Source: Leucoraja erinacea (lineage: Eukaryota). Taken from it: a stretch of 64,000 bases of DNA. Below are positions 1 through 13,257 of this stretch, in pieces. The position numbers and the translations under genes were made by a program. Within the stretch, counting starts at the first letter, position 1. Every line of letters starts with the position of its first letter. Location: the NCBI RefSeq assembly GCF_028641065.1, contig NW_026576276.1:1-64000 (forward strand), given 5' to 3'. The notes under the pieces were generated by a model that did not search any database, was not told the DNA's origin, and saw nothing but the letters and a program-made list of their open reading frames with translations.

Positions 1-394
1 ATTAAGAGCCAAATCATGCCTCACCACAGGGTCCATGCCAATCCTCTGAGAACATTTCTATGCCTTCTCAGCCAGCAGGATGAGCAATGGTCAGAAAGAT
101 CCAGACACTTGGGACGTTGAAGCCAGTATTATCTGAGTGGAGAAAATCACGCTTCTGACGAAAATATGACAGTGGCTATAAAGGCACAGGTTAAAGGCCA
201 AGGCCATGAGCAAGGGAAACAGATAAGATGCCAACATTAGCGTGCGCGCCTCGCCCATAGATTTGGTGGAGAAATAATTAGACAAACCATTTGCCGTGAC
301 ACAGCTGGCGCAGCAGTAGAGCTGCTGCCTTACACCCAGAGAACGCGGCGGATTCGATCTCAACCTCAGCGGTGCTGCTCTGTGTGGCAGTTGC

Positions 395-640
395 ACGTTC
401 GACCATGTGATGGAGCGAGGCGCTTCCTCCTCGATGCCCTCCGGTTTCCTCCCACATCACAAAGGATGTGCCAGCGTTTGCTAGGTAAATTAGCGCTCTG
501 TAAATTGCCCCTAGCCGGGTATGTAAGAGGAGTAGCGGGCAAAGTGGGGATAACATGGAAACTAGTGCGAACGGTGTGATCATTGAAGGGCATGGAAGGT
601 TGTTTTCCATTCTATCACTCTCGAAACCTAAAATAAATAA
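395..640 (+). mobile_element. Degenerate HE1/V-SINE-like tRNA-derived SINE
   Basis: Body motifs (ggtttcctcccacat, gtaaattgccccta, aactagtgcgaacgg) resemble the cleaner SINE copies at 8910-9230 and 44200-44515; very indel-rich. Confidence 0.5.
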
Positions 641-894
641 TGAGGTTACCTACTATGATTAAGAAACCTTTTTCGGAAGGTAAGATAAATCAGGCGACGT
701 GAGCATGGTTCAACCCGAAAATGTCACATGATTTCCTTTCTCCAGAGAGGATGCATGACCCGACTGAGTTACATCCAGCTGGTTGTATCCCATATCAGGG
801 GTGATACTGGCCAGCAGGAGGCCTGACAACGGTCACGTACAGAAGAAATCCACAGAGGCAAACAATTCCATTACCTTGCACCTAGATTTCCTCT

Positions 895-1230
895 TGAGTT
901 TAGAGATTACAGCATGTAGAACAGGTTCTTAAGCCCACAAAGCAGTACATGACCGGAACCATCGAACAACTGCTCCACACTCAGTTTTTTATGACCATCA
1001 ACCCACTTTCACATAATCGTCCGCTCCCTACACCCTAGAGGCAATTTGGCAGAAAAAAAAAAAGGTCGGCATAAACGAAAAAACCTGACACGTTATTGAC
1101 GAACGTGCCGGAGGATAACCGAAAGCACCTGGAGGAATCCCACGGCTAGACCAGGGAGAACTGGCCAACAACTCCTCACAGACATCGCCCCGATAGTCAG
1201 GATGAACCTAGGATCTCGGGCAGGCTCCAG
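895..1230 (-). mobile_element. Degenerate HE1/V-SINE-like SINE
   Basis: Starts with tttagagattacagcatgtagaacagg, the reverse-complemented SINE 3' end also seen at 8930, 16040 and 44204. Confidence 0.45.
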
Positions 1231-1489
1231 GAAGCATTGAAAGTTGAATTGCCACAGAAAGCAGGTATAGGAGACAAATAAGTAAGTGCAGTAAGCATTT
1301 TAATGTGCCCCCGAAGAGCAAGAGAATAGAATATATAAAGATAGAAATCTCACTCAGCTACAGGCAGCCTAAGTAAATTGGCAACAAACATAGTTTTAGT
1401 AACACAAGATTCTCAGAAAAAAAAGGAAGGTCAGTGAATATGGCATTCCACTAGGCACAAGACCATGCCAGCAAGAAGTCTAGCCGAGC

Positions 1490-1860
1490 CAGAGGGCCAT
1501 AGCCTCTAGAATTAAAGGACGACTCCTTAGAAGAGGAGATGAGGAGCAGAATTTGTTTTGTCAGAAGGTGGTGAAGATTTGGAATTCATAGGCCAAAGAT
1601 AGCCTGTTGGGAAGCAAGTCAATGGATATTTGTAAGGCAGAGATTGAAGATGATTCTGCATTAGTACTGGGTTATGGGAGAGAGAGGAAGGCAGGAGAAT
1701 GGGATTGAGAGGGAAATATACAGTACATCCTCAAGAAATTCCAGAAAGATTGCAAAGCACGATTTCACTTTGTAAATCCATGCTGTCGGACTGATCCTGT
1801 TACTGCTATTCAAATGCGCTGCTAAACATCTTGATAATTGACTCCAGCATCTTCTCCACA
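1490..1860. mobile_element. CR1 LINE fragments (3' end on +, then a short RT piece on -)
   Basis: gccatagcctctagaattaaaggac...ggtggtgaagatttggaattc matches the CR1 3' region at 48460-48550; 1760-1830 is the reverse of the CR1 [10 protein letters not shown] coding region. Confidence 0.55.
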
Positions 1861-1861
1861 C

Positions 1862-2290
1862 CGATGTTGGACAGGTGTTTGGAGATTTTTTCTTTATTAT
1901 AGAGAGAATTCTTCTGTCATCTGCTGTGGAGGTCTTCCTTGACCTGCCCAGTCCCTTTGCGATTAGTAAGCTCCCCAGTGCTCTCCTCATCTTAGTGAGG
2001 TTCTAAACAGTTGGTTTTGGTAAGCCTAAGGTTTGGCTGATGTTCTCTAACAGTTTTATTATTGTTTCTCAGTCTCATAATGACTTCTTTGACTTTCATT
2101 GGCCCAACTTTGGTCCTCATGTTGAGAAACAACAATAAAAGTTTCAAAGGTGATGGAAAGACTAGGTGCTGGGAGCTCTCTTATACCTGCAACAAGGAGG
2201 CAATTAAACACACCTGGGCAATTACAAACGCCTGTGAAGCCAAGTGTCCCAAACTTTATGGTGCCCTGAAATGGTGGTGGACTATTATAG
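1862..2290 (-). mobile_element. Tc1/mariner transposon fragment (5' region and N-terminal transposase)
   Basis: Translation GLGRSRKTSTADDRRILSIIKKK..P.T resembles the GRPRKT-x-DR-x-I HTH linker of Tc1 transposases. Confidence 0.65.
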
Positions 2291-2734
2291 AAGTTATATA
2301 GAATTATATAGAAGAAACAGTTTACTTCTTTAATTTTACCATAGGTTTAAACATTAAGCTCGCGATTTTCAGCTATTTTTATGTGATCAGACGTCAAGGC
2401 ACAAAAAAGGTACTGCTAGTTTATTTTGCTTTAGCTAAGAACATCATAGTAGACTGAGAGATAGAGAGTAAAGGGCAAGGACAAGTGAGAGATTTTAAAG
2501 TAGTGAAACATGCATGCCAAGCAGCCAAAAATATGAAAGAACTGAAGCTGTAATAAAAAGCTTTTTGAATTTATGAATCAGAGAACATTTGGAGAAATGC
2601 CCAGGCCGTGGTGCCTCTGAATGTTCCAAGCCAAATTTGTTTGCAATAAAAAAGGCTTTTCATCTTCTTGAAGAATTCTCCGTGTCTGTGTCATCTTATG
2701 CCCAAACTTTGAGTCTTAAAACCACGACCAAAAT

Positions 2735-2751
2735 TGGCGCAGCGAGCAGGG
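2735..2751 (+). promoter_or_regulatory. Retroviral primer-binding site complementary to the 3' end of tRNA-Ser(UGA)
   Basis: TGGCGCAGCGAGCAGGG, 4 nt after the LTR-terminal CA, is the reverse complement of ...CCCTGCTCGCTGCG-CCA, the vertebrate tRNA-Ser(TGA) 3' end (recalled, not searched). Confidence 0.75.
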
Positions 2752-3769
2752 GTCGGTAAGAGACCATTAATTTAAAAGACAAGTAGCCCAGGGCCTTCCC
2801 AGTCCCTAATGTGGCTCTTAAGGACAGCAGGACAAACGGGTGGCCACCTAAAAACTAGCGGTTTTCCGCTTCATTTGGACTAATAACTCTTTGTTCAAGG
2901 GACGCAATTGAGGACACAGAAGTGCCTTCGTAGTAAGAAGGTCTCTCCGACCCAAGAATCTGGCACTAAATTGTTCTAAAAAGGGGATTGGGATGATTGT
3001 CCAAGTAGGTCGTGCTGTGTGTGGTGAGTAATAATAGTTGTGATAGAAAGTAATGTGATAGTATTAAGAGTGTATTAAGACCTCGTGGTTACCGCCCTGA
3101 GAGGTCAGGGGTTTGTACGGGCAAAATACGAATTTGGGGTAGGTGCGTGGCAGAAGGTGTACACAGTGATAGAATATTGTAGTGTGTAGGGGGTGGAATG
3201 GCAATAGGAGTGGTGTAGAGTTGCTTTATTCAATGGGAATATATTGGGGTAATATGGTGGCTTGAAGGACGGAGGAGGTGTGTGGGACTGAGTTTCTTAA
3301 CTATTTGTGAAGATCAGCTTGTTGCATTCTTTCTGATGTTTGTTCTCTTAACATTTTTTCTGCTGAGAGATCAAAGACAAAATGTGTTCCTTTGTCTAAA
3401 TTAATGGGAGTGGTGTGTGGTCAGATGTTGAGTGACTAGGAGTTTGATAGGTTGTGATCTTAGTGAGGTGTGGTTAGAATTTGAGTGACGTTGAGTCTGA
3501 CTGGTCATGATCTGAATCAATGTCGAATCAAAGGGCTCGGGAACCTGACTGATGGGGATTGAACAATCCTACTTTGGCTTGGGAGGGAGATAAAAATTAT
3601 ATAAAAGTTAATTTTGAAATTTTATAATTGTAAAAAATTGAATAATTTCTTTGAAGTAAGAATGGAACGAATGTGATTTGTGTGTAAAAAACTGTGTTGA
3701 ATGAATGAGGAAGTTCATATATGTGATAATTCTTTTGTTTATTGTATTTGTAGACCACACTGTAAGGGT

Positions 3770-3952
3770 AAGTAATTAAGTAAGTTTTATTATACAACTC
3801 GCATTGACACCAAAGTGCTTTACATAAAATAGATAATAAGTTTCCATACCAACCAGAGAAAAAGGTTAAAAAAAAAGACGAAGATGGACACAACACATTA
3901 TAGAGTTCAACACAAACGTCCCCCCACAGCAGAATCAAAAATTTCCACTGTG
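3770..3952 (-). mobile_element. Short LINE 3'-end fragment inserted in the ERV leader
   Basis: (taag)n tail followed by ttttatt and aaagtgctttacat, similar to the tail fragment at 62098-62170. Confidence 0.35.
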
Positions 3953-5639
3953 GTTAGGTGTATGTTCCTTTAATAAGATGTAAGCAATGGGGGAAGGTTA
4001 CGAACAGCTGTAAGATGACGATTAACTCTTTGTATCCTCGTAGCCTAAAAGGGGAAAGCTGGAAAACGTAGGTTGCTTGGTTTTTTTTCTGATGTTTCTT
4101 TTAGATTCCTTTTCAGTAAAGTTAATTTGGAATATTGTTACTAGTGCTAGGAATTGGACATTTAAAATAGTGGTGAATATGGATTGAAATAATTGGAAAT
4201 AAGTTAATTGCTGAAACATGACCCCTTTTTATGGTTTGTTGATTTATGGTAAAACATTCTGGTTGGAGAAGGGTAATGATTGTTTGCTGAGATTTTCAGA
4301 AATTGCTGAGATTTGAGGAAGTGACCCAAGGAAGGCACTTTTAAGGTAAATGTGTGACAAAATGAAAGTGTTAATTATGAATTATATGCCCACAGATAAG
4401 GTGGAAAAGCGGGAAAAGCGGAAAGGAAAGGAATTAGATACACTTAGGCAGTTTAGAAAGAAAGGGGAGAGAGGCAGTTAGGAGATAACAGAAGTAGGAA
4501 ATGACAGGTGTGAAAGTAATAAAGCAGGAGGAGTCAGTGGAAGATTAAAAACAAAAGAAAAGTGAATGAATTTGCAAGGAGGCTAGAATATTTGAGAAGC
4601 AAGAAATTGAGTTTAGAATAAGAACGAAGGCATACCAGAAAGGATTGAAGTGGGAAGCAGAGGGATAAATTGATGAGACTGCTTTAAAGAGAAAAGAACA
4701 GGACAGACACAGAATATCTCTTGGGGCACCCATAAACTGAGAGGGCAAAAAAATACCTCACCCTATATCCCTGATGGGGGAGGAAATGGATTAGGTCTTT
4801 GAAGGAGGAGAACGTGGTACGATTATTGGCTATGGAGATTTGAAGGCACTGTTGGTGAAAGTGATAGGAACCACTAAACTGACAGAACTACTGAAGGTGG
4901 CTGGTATACAAATGCTGTGAACAATGTAATAAACAATGGCATGCTGTTTGACACAGTCAGGCAAAGGGTATGGCAGGCCCTCAGACAATGTTACCCACTT
5001 AAGGTGAACTACAAGGAATAAAGGGAAGATCCACCAGGAGAGGCAAATAATCCAGCAGCCTATCTGGAAAACCAGCTGAAAAGGTGGAGAGTTGAAAATG
5101 AACAAGAAATAGAAGGCAACCAGTTAATGAACATTATATTCTGAACTACTGTGGTGGATGTCATTCCTCTTAAAGTCAAGCCTAGATTGGAGGAGGTGGT
5201 GGTATTGTCGTTTATTTCCCACCCCCGATTCAGCGGTTGGTCTCTGCGGTCGAGAAATATTGCAAAGATAGGAAAAAGACTTGCAAACCAGCAGGAAGAG
5301 CTTAAAAAGAAAGAGCATGAAAAAAGGAAGACAATGGTGTCAATAACAACGGATCTGGTTGAAAAGACTGAAATAAGTGATGAACTGACACAAAGTGAGT
5401 CCTATGACAAAACCAAGCAGGGCCAGAGAATTACATGCCAATAATAAATGTCTTTGGGGGAGCGTTTCCTCAAAATGTCCTATCAGGAGGGAAATTAATC
5501 TGGATATAAGCCCTAACAGGACTGGGGTCCCCAAGGGAGGGAGGGATTTATAGGAGGACTAGACCAAGTGCAGACCCATTGGTCTGCTCCCCCAACGCAG
5601 CCATTTCCTACCTATAGCCCCCACAGGAGACGTGGTCCT

Positions 5640-5999
5640 CCAACTCAAGCAGCTCAGGAATCAGCAGTGCTGCTGTTTTTAAATGGCGTCTTTGAGACGA
5701 GATGTGGGCGCCAGCAGCCGTTATGGTCGTTGGCCAGCAGGAGGCGACAAAATGAGTGAGTGGGGGGTGGGGGGGGGGGGGGGAGAAGGATTTGATTAAT
5801 AAAGTGTACATAAACACGACGAAATTCAATGAGGAGTGGATACTTGGAATTAAAAGTGAAATCTCTACTGAAATGGAAAAAATTAGGGCGTTTCTGGGTC
5901 GGGTGTTGGCGTAGCAACGAATCAAAGGCTGGCAGCCACAAGTCAGGCAGAAACACACACAGCCAGCCGGTAGCCACACAGTTTTATATATATAATAGA
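5640..5999 (-). mobile_element. Possible non-autonomous Helitron 5' portion inserted in the ERV
   Basis: Minus strand begins A^TCTATTATATATATAAAAC, like the Helitron 5' end at 57337; no 3' hairpin or CTAG seen. Confidence 0.35.
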
Positions 6000-6070
6000 T
6001 ATAGAAGATAGAAGATAGAAGAAGATAGAAGAAGATAGAAGATAGAAGATAGAAGATAGATAGATAGATA
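5996..6070. repeat. (GATAGAA)n/(GATA)n microsatellite
   Basis: Visible directly in the sequence. Confidence 0.9.
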
Positions 6071-7554
6071 TCAAGAAAGGCTAGGATGAGGTAGGGTTTT
6101 GAATACTAGCCCCGTTTTAATCAGATGATAAAGGCAGAGTTGGAAGGTGTACCCTTAGAAAGTATTTGATGATGTGGATGATTTGTTGGCTTGCTCCACA
6201 AGTGGGAAGCAATGTGAGAGAGAGAGAGAGAGACATTGTAAGTTTAAAAATTTCAGAATGTAGGACAGAGGATGATGACTTTGGGATAGTTCAGACTGGA
6301 TTGGAAAATATGTTGAAATTGTGACGTCATTAAGAAAGATAATGAAGGAAGAAGGACAAACAAGCCTAAAGAATGTTTTACAGTTAGAGCTTTTGAATGA
6401 TGGAGACAAAAAGGTTTTGTTTGTGAATGCGTATTGTTAAAGGGATCATAATATCAAGTATGTATGGTTTGAAATGGTGTATAAGGATGAATTAGACTTT
6501 AAGGTAATTAAATTAGAAGCCTGTAACCTTGCTTAGCTCAGTTGGCAGAAATTAAGGCTTTAAGAGAAGCATGTGACATGAGGGAAAGTGAGAAAGATTA
6601 TACCGACTAAGCATATGATTATGGAGTTTGTCATATGTTTAGAGCAGTAAGGAAATAGAAAGGCTTTGAGAAAACCAACGGAGACCAAAAGTTAACAGTA
6701 AAGTTAGACCTGATAAGAGCAATATTGAAGTCAGTGGCACTAGCTGTCATTAAATGCCAAGCACATAAGAAGGGAAATTAAAGTGCAGACGAAGCACCCA
6801 GAACAGCATCTGGAGGATGAAAAGCTGTTATTACGTCTAGGGTAAGTTTGAATTGATTTAGGTGTGACGAATGTAGCGTAGTTTATGATGAATAAGGTAA
6901 TTAAGAGGTTTGGTAGACCTACAGAAATCAGCTTTGAACAACGGATTGTGTTTTCATTTAGGGAGTAGTCAAGTTGGCGATACAGGCCCTTAGAATAAAA
7001 ACACAGATTTGGTGTGTAACACTTGCAGTCACAGGCATGGTGGAAAGAATAAATGGAACATTGAAGGTTAATATAAATAAGATTTGTGTAATTACAAAGT
7101 TGAATTGGATCGATGCCCTGCCATTTGGCACTGAAGAGATGTTGCATGCAAACTAACCGAATAACCCACATAACACCACATGAGATGTTTATTGGCCGAC
7201 CTATGTAGGCGGCACAATGGAGACAAGTTCATTGCCATAAGTTTGGAACAATTAGAGATAGAATTTAAGAAGTATATGCAACAGTTAATTATGATATACA
7301 AGTCTATTTATGAATAGGTAAAGTAAAAGCTGTTGGAAGTAAACCAGGAGGAAGGACCCTTTAAACCTGGAGCCAAGGTGTATGTATGAGCTTTCCGAAC
7401 CACCCACCGATGTTCAGGTAGAAGGTTGATATACCTGGTACCATTTCAATCATTACATGAGGGCTGACCCGCAGGTAACGAATAGATAATAGCCCTGAGG
7501 TAAGTGAACAGGAGGACAAAGAAGTGAGAAAATAGTAGAGTTTTAACAAGAACG

Positions 7555-8730
7555 TTGTTTGACATCAGTGGTGGGTAAATTAATGGAAAGGATACTTAAA
7601 GATAATATATATAAGAATTTGGATAAATAAGGTAGGATTAGGAAGAATTGGCATGGATTTGTGATTAGAAGGTCATGTTTGACTAATCTTTAATTTTTTG
7701 AAGAGGTTATTAGGGAAATTGATGAGGGTAAAGTGGTGGATGTTGTCTAGATGAACTTCTAGATGAACTTCATAAGGAAGTAAGGTTGGTTAAGAAGGTT
7801 TAGTAAGGAGTAGCAAGATGGATTAAACAGTGGCTGTATGGGAGATGCCAGAGAGTAATGAAGGTGTGATAAATTGGATTAGTAAGTATGCAGATGATAC
7901 TAAGATAGGTGGTGTTGTGGATAATTAAGTAGATTTCCAAAGTCTACAAAGAGATTTAGGCCATTTGGAAGAATGGGCTGAAAGATGGCAGATGGAGTTT
8001 AATGCTGATAAGTGTGAGGTGCTACATCTTGGCAGGACAAATCAAAATAGGCCGTACATGGTAAATGGTAGCGAATTGAGGAATGCAGTTGAACAGAGGG
8101 ATCTAGGAATAACTGTGCATAGTTCCCTGAAGGTGGAATCTCATGTAGATAGGGTGGTAAAGAAAGCTTTTTGTGTGCTGGCCTTTAAAAATCAGAGCAT
8201 TGAGTATAGAAGCTGGAATGTTAAAATAGTACAAGGCATTGGTGAGAACAATTCTGGAGTATGGTGTACAATTTTGGTCGCCCAATTATAGGAAGGATGT
8301 CAACAAAATAGAGAGAGTACAGAGGAGATTTACTAGATGTTGCCTTGGTTTCAGCAATTAAGTTACAGAGAAAAGGTTGAATAAGTTAGGTCTTTATTCT
8401 CTGGAGCGCAGGTTAAGGGGGGACCTGATAGACGTCTTTAAAATGATGAGAGGGATAGACAGAGTTGATATGGAGAAGCGTTTCCCTTTGAGAATAGGGA
8501 AGATTCACACAAGAGGACATGACTTGAGAATTAAGGGACAGAAGTTTAGGGGTAACATGAGGGGGAACTTCTCTCGAGAGCGCAGAGTTCCCTTGTAGCC
8601 ATTCGCATTACCAGGTATACACTGTTGGAGGGGATGCAGGAAAATCGAGTTAGGAGGGAGAGATAGATCAGCCATGATTGAATGGCGGAGTAGACTTGAT
8701 GGGCCGAATGGTCTAAATCTGCTCCTCTCA
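7555..8730 (+). mobile_element. 5'-truncated, internally deleted CR1 LINE
   Basis: ORFs 7965-8291 (WAERWQMEFNADKCEVLHLG) and 8377-8598 (LGLYSLERRLRGDLI); CR1 3' UTR gatcagccatgattgaatggcgg. Confidence 0.9.
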
Positions 8731-8909
8731 CAAGCCTTTCAGAAAGAACAGCAGCAGCAGTTGGCCCTGATGCACAGCAGGGATGGATGGAGTCAAGGAG
8801 AGGTGCACTGTTAGACTTGACAACTAGGGGGCAGACAAGAGATTCCATGGCCATGGGCAATACTTCTGGATGGTGTGTTACCTACCAGTGCAAATGTCAA
8901 GGATGTCTC

Positions 8910-9230
8910 CAAATTAGATTTCGTTTAGTTTAGAGATAAAGCATGGAAACAGGCCCCCCCTACAGCCCACTGCGTCTACGCAGACCAATAATCCCAGCAC
9001 ACTAGCACTATCCAACGCATACTAGGAACAATTTACAACGTTACTGAAGCCAATTAATCTACAAACCTGTACGTCTTTGGAGTGTGGGAGGAAACTGGAG
9101 CACCCAGAGAAAACCCATGCAGTCACGGGGGGATTTGTACAAACTCCATACAGACAACACGCGTAGTTGGGATTGAACCCAAATCTCTGATGCTGTAAAG
9201 TAGCAAATCTACCACTGAGCCACCGTGTTG
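8910..9230 (-). mobile_element. HE1/V-SINE-like tRNA-derived SINE
   Basis: Minus strand has A box GGTGGCTCAGTGGTAG and B box GGTTCAATCCC, a conserved central body and a (ctaaa)n tail. Confidence 0.8.
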
Positions 9231-9892
9231 CTTGGTTGCAGAACAATCTCAAGGGGAATTGTGAACAGTTAGAGGTTGTTGTACACGTCAATAGCAATGA
9301 CATAGGTAGACAAAGAGACAGGAACATGCAGAGTGAATATAGGGAATTAGGCAGAAGGTTAAAAAACAAGTCAAGTCAAGTCAAGTCAAGAGAGTTTATT
9401 GGCATGTGTCCCAGATAGGACAATGAAATAGTAAGATTAAAACGAGAACTTACCAGTTTGAAGTTTGATCTGTATTTTATGAGGAGTTACGATGAGGGAT
9501 TTCGTGAAGAACCCCGCTTCCACGCATGCGTGTCATTCTTCAAAGCAGCGGTGTGAGGTCACAGAAACCTATAATGATCTAACATAGTAAGATTATCAAA
9601 GAGATACCAGTTTTTGATATGATCATAAGAGGGTGGGAGCGGAGGGCACGAAATCCCTCATCGTAACTCCTCATAAAATACAGATCAAACTTCAAACTGG
9701 TAAGTTCTCGTTTAATCTTACTATTTTACTTCGGAGTCACGTGAGTGACTTCGTGAAGATTTCAAAGCTCTGTGACCTCATGCCGTGGAACGAGTCCATG
9801 CTTCACAACTGCCTTGGGTATTGGGAGAGAGCATCATTAGTAGTTTTAAAACACAATTATACAAAGAGTTGTGTGGTATAACGAAAAAATAT

Positions 9893-9929
<37 letters not shown>

Positions 9930-12900
9930 GAGAATCATAACCCTGTAACCTATCGGGCAAATTATTTTGTTGAACCTAAAATGTTTTCATAATACAATGA
10001 TGGCTCCAAATTAACTGGTTTATAATACAACCTGTGGAAAAACCCTTTTTTAAAATGACCCTCCTGCCATTCTGAGGATTTGGTCTGTGGGTACCTGTAC
10101 AATATTGCTGCGGATGTTGTTGCAGTCCTGGTGGAATGAGAGTTGAAACATCAGTGTCTATTCCTGCCATTTTTAGGACCTATTTGAGCCACCTTGATAT
10201 AGTTTGAGTCGTGACCCTATCATGCAGTTTCTTGTAAGAGATAAACAACTCCATACTCTGACCTCGAATGTTCTGAGTATATGCTATGTATTGTTAGATG
10301 TGTCTTGTTATACACAGTCGTTTGCCATATGGGTGTACCATAAAATCAAACCCTAGACCCTAGGAACCCGATCTTTTATTAAATCCTGTATGACAACACC
10401 AGTTTCTCGGTGAGATGATCAGGGAGTCCAGGCTCAGTTTGCTTAATGGCTGGACTTGTTGTGCGGTAAATAACACCATGAGCATAACCATCTTCCTGGT
10501 CTGTTACTGAGGTGACAACGCTGTTATGAGCTACAAGCTCCTCAGCATGTTGAGAAAACGACACCCATGTCCCAGATTTCGGAGTACCTGGTTTGCTTAC
10601 CAGGGGTGCGTTCCCACCGCGTGCCGTTCCGATCCTTGTGATAGGTAATTGGAGAGTGCACTTGTGGCACTATTGATGGCACTGTAGCTCCATCGATTAT
10701 CCTAATGGAGGCTTGTTAAAATTCCAATACGACCAGAATGTTCTTGGCCTTTTGGTCGAGATTGTTGTCCAAGCAGTATATGCCCCATTTCTTGATGTGT
10801 CCAAGGTACTGCTTCCGTGTTGACAGTCTTAGTGCAGATGAGATGAGATTCATCGTCCTGTCTGACAGTGTAGTGGGTCTGTTAGACTCTACAAATCAAT
10901 AAATCCATAGTGTTCTGGCATGGATGACTGCCTCCAGTCACTGGATAAATCAATAATTTTTTGGCAATGTTCATAGGGAACATGGTTCTAACACCATCCC
11001 CTGTAAGACTGAAATACCATGATTGAGAAGGTCAGTCGGGTACTCTGAAAATTCCAGATGCCGAGTGTGGTTGAATTTTCCCTAGTACCCCAACGATGGG
11101 TCCGAACAGGGGAAAACCTCACCCTATGGCTTATTTACATAACAATGCCAAGCTGGTTTATGAATTTTAGTACATAATAATGGGGCTAATGATTGCCCCT
11201 TTTGTAAGCTCTATATTGCCAAAGTTCCTCTATTGAGTCAATGCCTGCCATATAGAAACCCGCAACTGACACCAAGTCTATATCAATAATAAGAGCATCC
11301 ATCTTAAAATGAATATCTAGAACAAATGTGTTTAGGGTTAAAATCAATGATAATCCTGCAACCCTACTCTATCTTATATTTAATAAATATGTTCAATCCC
11401 ATCTTTTGTGTACAATTCTTGTAGCACCATGTGGGTTTTAGATTGTTTGGTTTATGTAAGGACAAAATGCCCTTCTGGTGTATGATGTACTGTGGTTATT
11501 GGGATGAGAAAAACCCTATCAGATAACCCTGAATACTGCTGAGATTATATGAATCTGTAGTGATTATATACCATACATAACTATAGTGTTGCAAACCTCC
11601 CTACCCTCGTAGGTCCCTATATTTAAAGAAGAAAACCCCACCCACCTACCTCCATGGTTACCGGGTGGTTTTGTTATTCCCTTGGTTTTTTGAAAATAAG
11701 GTTCTGGTTTAATATTTCTTGTTCGGGGTTGTGTGGGAGGTTGAGGCTTCCGCATCTTCCAGGGTGGCCGCCTTGGCCATACCCTAAAACGGATCCTGCA
11801 GGTTATATTGATTTCTGACACTGCTACTGGTATGAGCCACATTTTTTATGGCCTTGCCTGTGGCTGGTATCATGCTCCAAAATAGGCCCTTGCGCTGGCC
11901 TTGATGAGCCCCAGTGTCTTGGCTTAGTCCACACACGGTTCTTTATTTGCAAATGGTAGCATTTTTGGGGTCCTAGTGCTGGCTGAATGGCCGCCTTCCA
12001 CGTGTAGTTCAGGTCATATTGCATATTATTAAACAGAGCTAGTGCGTCTTGATGGTCTTTGGTTACCTACGTTTAGTCCAGGGTGCTGGTGTGTGCTATG
12101 ATGCCTTCCGTCAATCCCTTGAAGGTTCTCTGGATCTTGAGGTCCTGGTTCCTGATGTTCGTCCATATGCTGCCAAATGCATTGGTTTACACTGGGCACC
12201 TGTAATGCCTCACCGTTGCCAGGTGGCAGATGTCTGGCCAGTGTTTGTAAATTTTTCTTGTTGGCGTTTGTGGCCAGACATATAGTAATACTATTGCCAT
12301 CCTGGATCCAAGTCTACCCATGTTTGACTTGGCTAAAGTAATCAGCCACCATGTCCAGCAGAGTCCCTGCTGTGTTAGGATCATGGGATGCTGTATTACC
12401 AGGCTCTGGCCCATCAGGGTCCTGCCTACTCTTTTTTATAGAGTTAGAGATCTCTAGGGTCCCACACGGGGTACCCATGTGGGGCTTAACTGCTGCCCAC
12501 TTGTCTTTTGTTCTGCGGACCCCTCTTGCAAGTCAACCCAGAACTGATCCACAGTGCTCCCCTCTGATGGGGTAGAAGCATTGTGCAGCCCTCAAAGAGG
12601 TACTGCTGTGGTTTTATCATGTTGGAGCAAGGCTCCATACACCGCTTCTTCCCGCTCCAGCCCTCTCGGGCGCTGGTTGCCGGCGGTTTTATGCAAAGTC
12701 GGACCCTTCTGAGTCCACTACCTTGTTTGATTTGTGTCTAGCCTACCGCTCGGTCACATGGATCTGGGGTGGTGCGGGGCCGACATCGGGCACAGCGGAT
12801 CCCACTACGGTTGATCCAAGTGCCGCTGGCTGCTGCTGGCTGCCCGCTGTTCCATGGTCCTCCTTCTCCAGTTTTGTCCTTCCTTCCGTGAAGTGGATAT

Positions 12901-13094
12901 GGCCGGTGTGGAGGATAACTGGCACAGCTGATTCCATCTATTCCTTTAACCTGACTTCAACGCTCTCAGCACTCCTGGCTGCTCCTTTATCTTAGACCCC
13001 TGGGACCCACCCCCGTACTGACGGTACTGGTCCATTATGGTCGTTGCAGCCGGTCAACCCCACTCTAATGCCCTCAATTCTGGGCACTCCTACT

Positions 13095-13154
13095 TATATG
13101 GTCCTTAGATAAGGGACATATAAGACATTAAAACTGATGATAACAGCTACTATA
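13095..13154 (-). pseudogene. Second, degenerate partial U2 copy (about nt 32-90)
   Basis: TATAGTAGCTGTTATCATCAGTTTTAATGTCTTATATGTCCCTTATCTAAGGACCATATA aligns to U2 stems IIa and IIb. Confidence 0.7.
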
Positions 13155-13164
13155 GTTTTATATA

Positions 13165-13257
13165 ATATATATAGTCCCTAGATAAGGGGTGTATCAGATA
13201 TTAAACTGATAAGAACAGATACTACACTTGATCTTAGCCAAAAAGCCGAGAAGCGAT
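13165..13257 (-). ncRNA. RNU2: U2 snRNA 5' fragment (nt 1 to ~90; no Sm site, so a pseudogene) inside the DIRS element
   Basis: Minus strand reads ATCGCTTCTCGGCTTTTTGGCTAAGATCAAGTGTAGTATCTGTTCTTATCAGTTTAATATCTGATAC, i.e. U2 nt 1-67 with one mismatch, followed by a stem IIb-like CCCCTTATCTAGGGAC. Confidence 0.93.

Larger units (their letters stand above)
2340..7550 (+). mobile_element. Decayed class I (gamma/epsilon-like) endogenous retrovirus: LTR, PBS, gag and pol remnants
   Basis: AATAAA at 2645; LTR ends in CA at 2730; PBS at 2735; RT remnant xVDDLLA (~6170-6195); RNase H remnants AQLAEIKAL and YTD.AY.YGVCH (~6535-6635); KCQAHKKG (~6752); integrase GMVERINGTLK..INKIC..KLNWIDALP (ORF 6974-7156). 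Many stops and deletions; 5' LTR boundary approximate. Confidence 0.8.

Noticed and set aside
8910-9230. tRNA genes (also ~44440-44510)
   Set aside because: The A and B boxes are SINE heads and do not form a complete cloverleaf
13165-13257. Functional U2 snRNA gene
   Set aside because: Truncated before the Sm site and 3' stems; no recognisable PSE or 3' box
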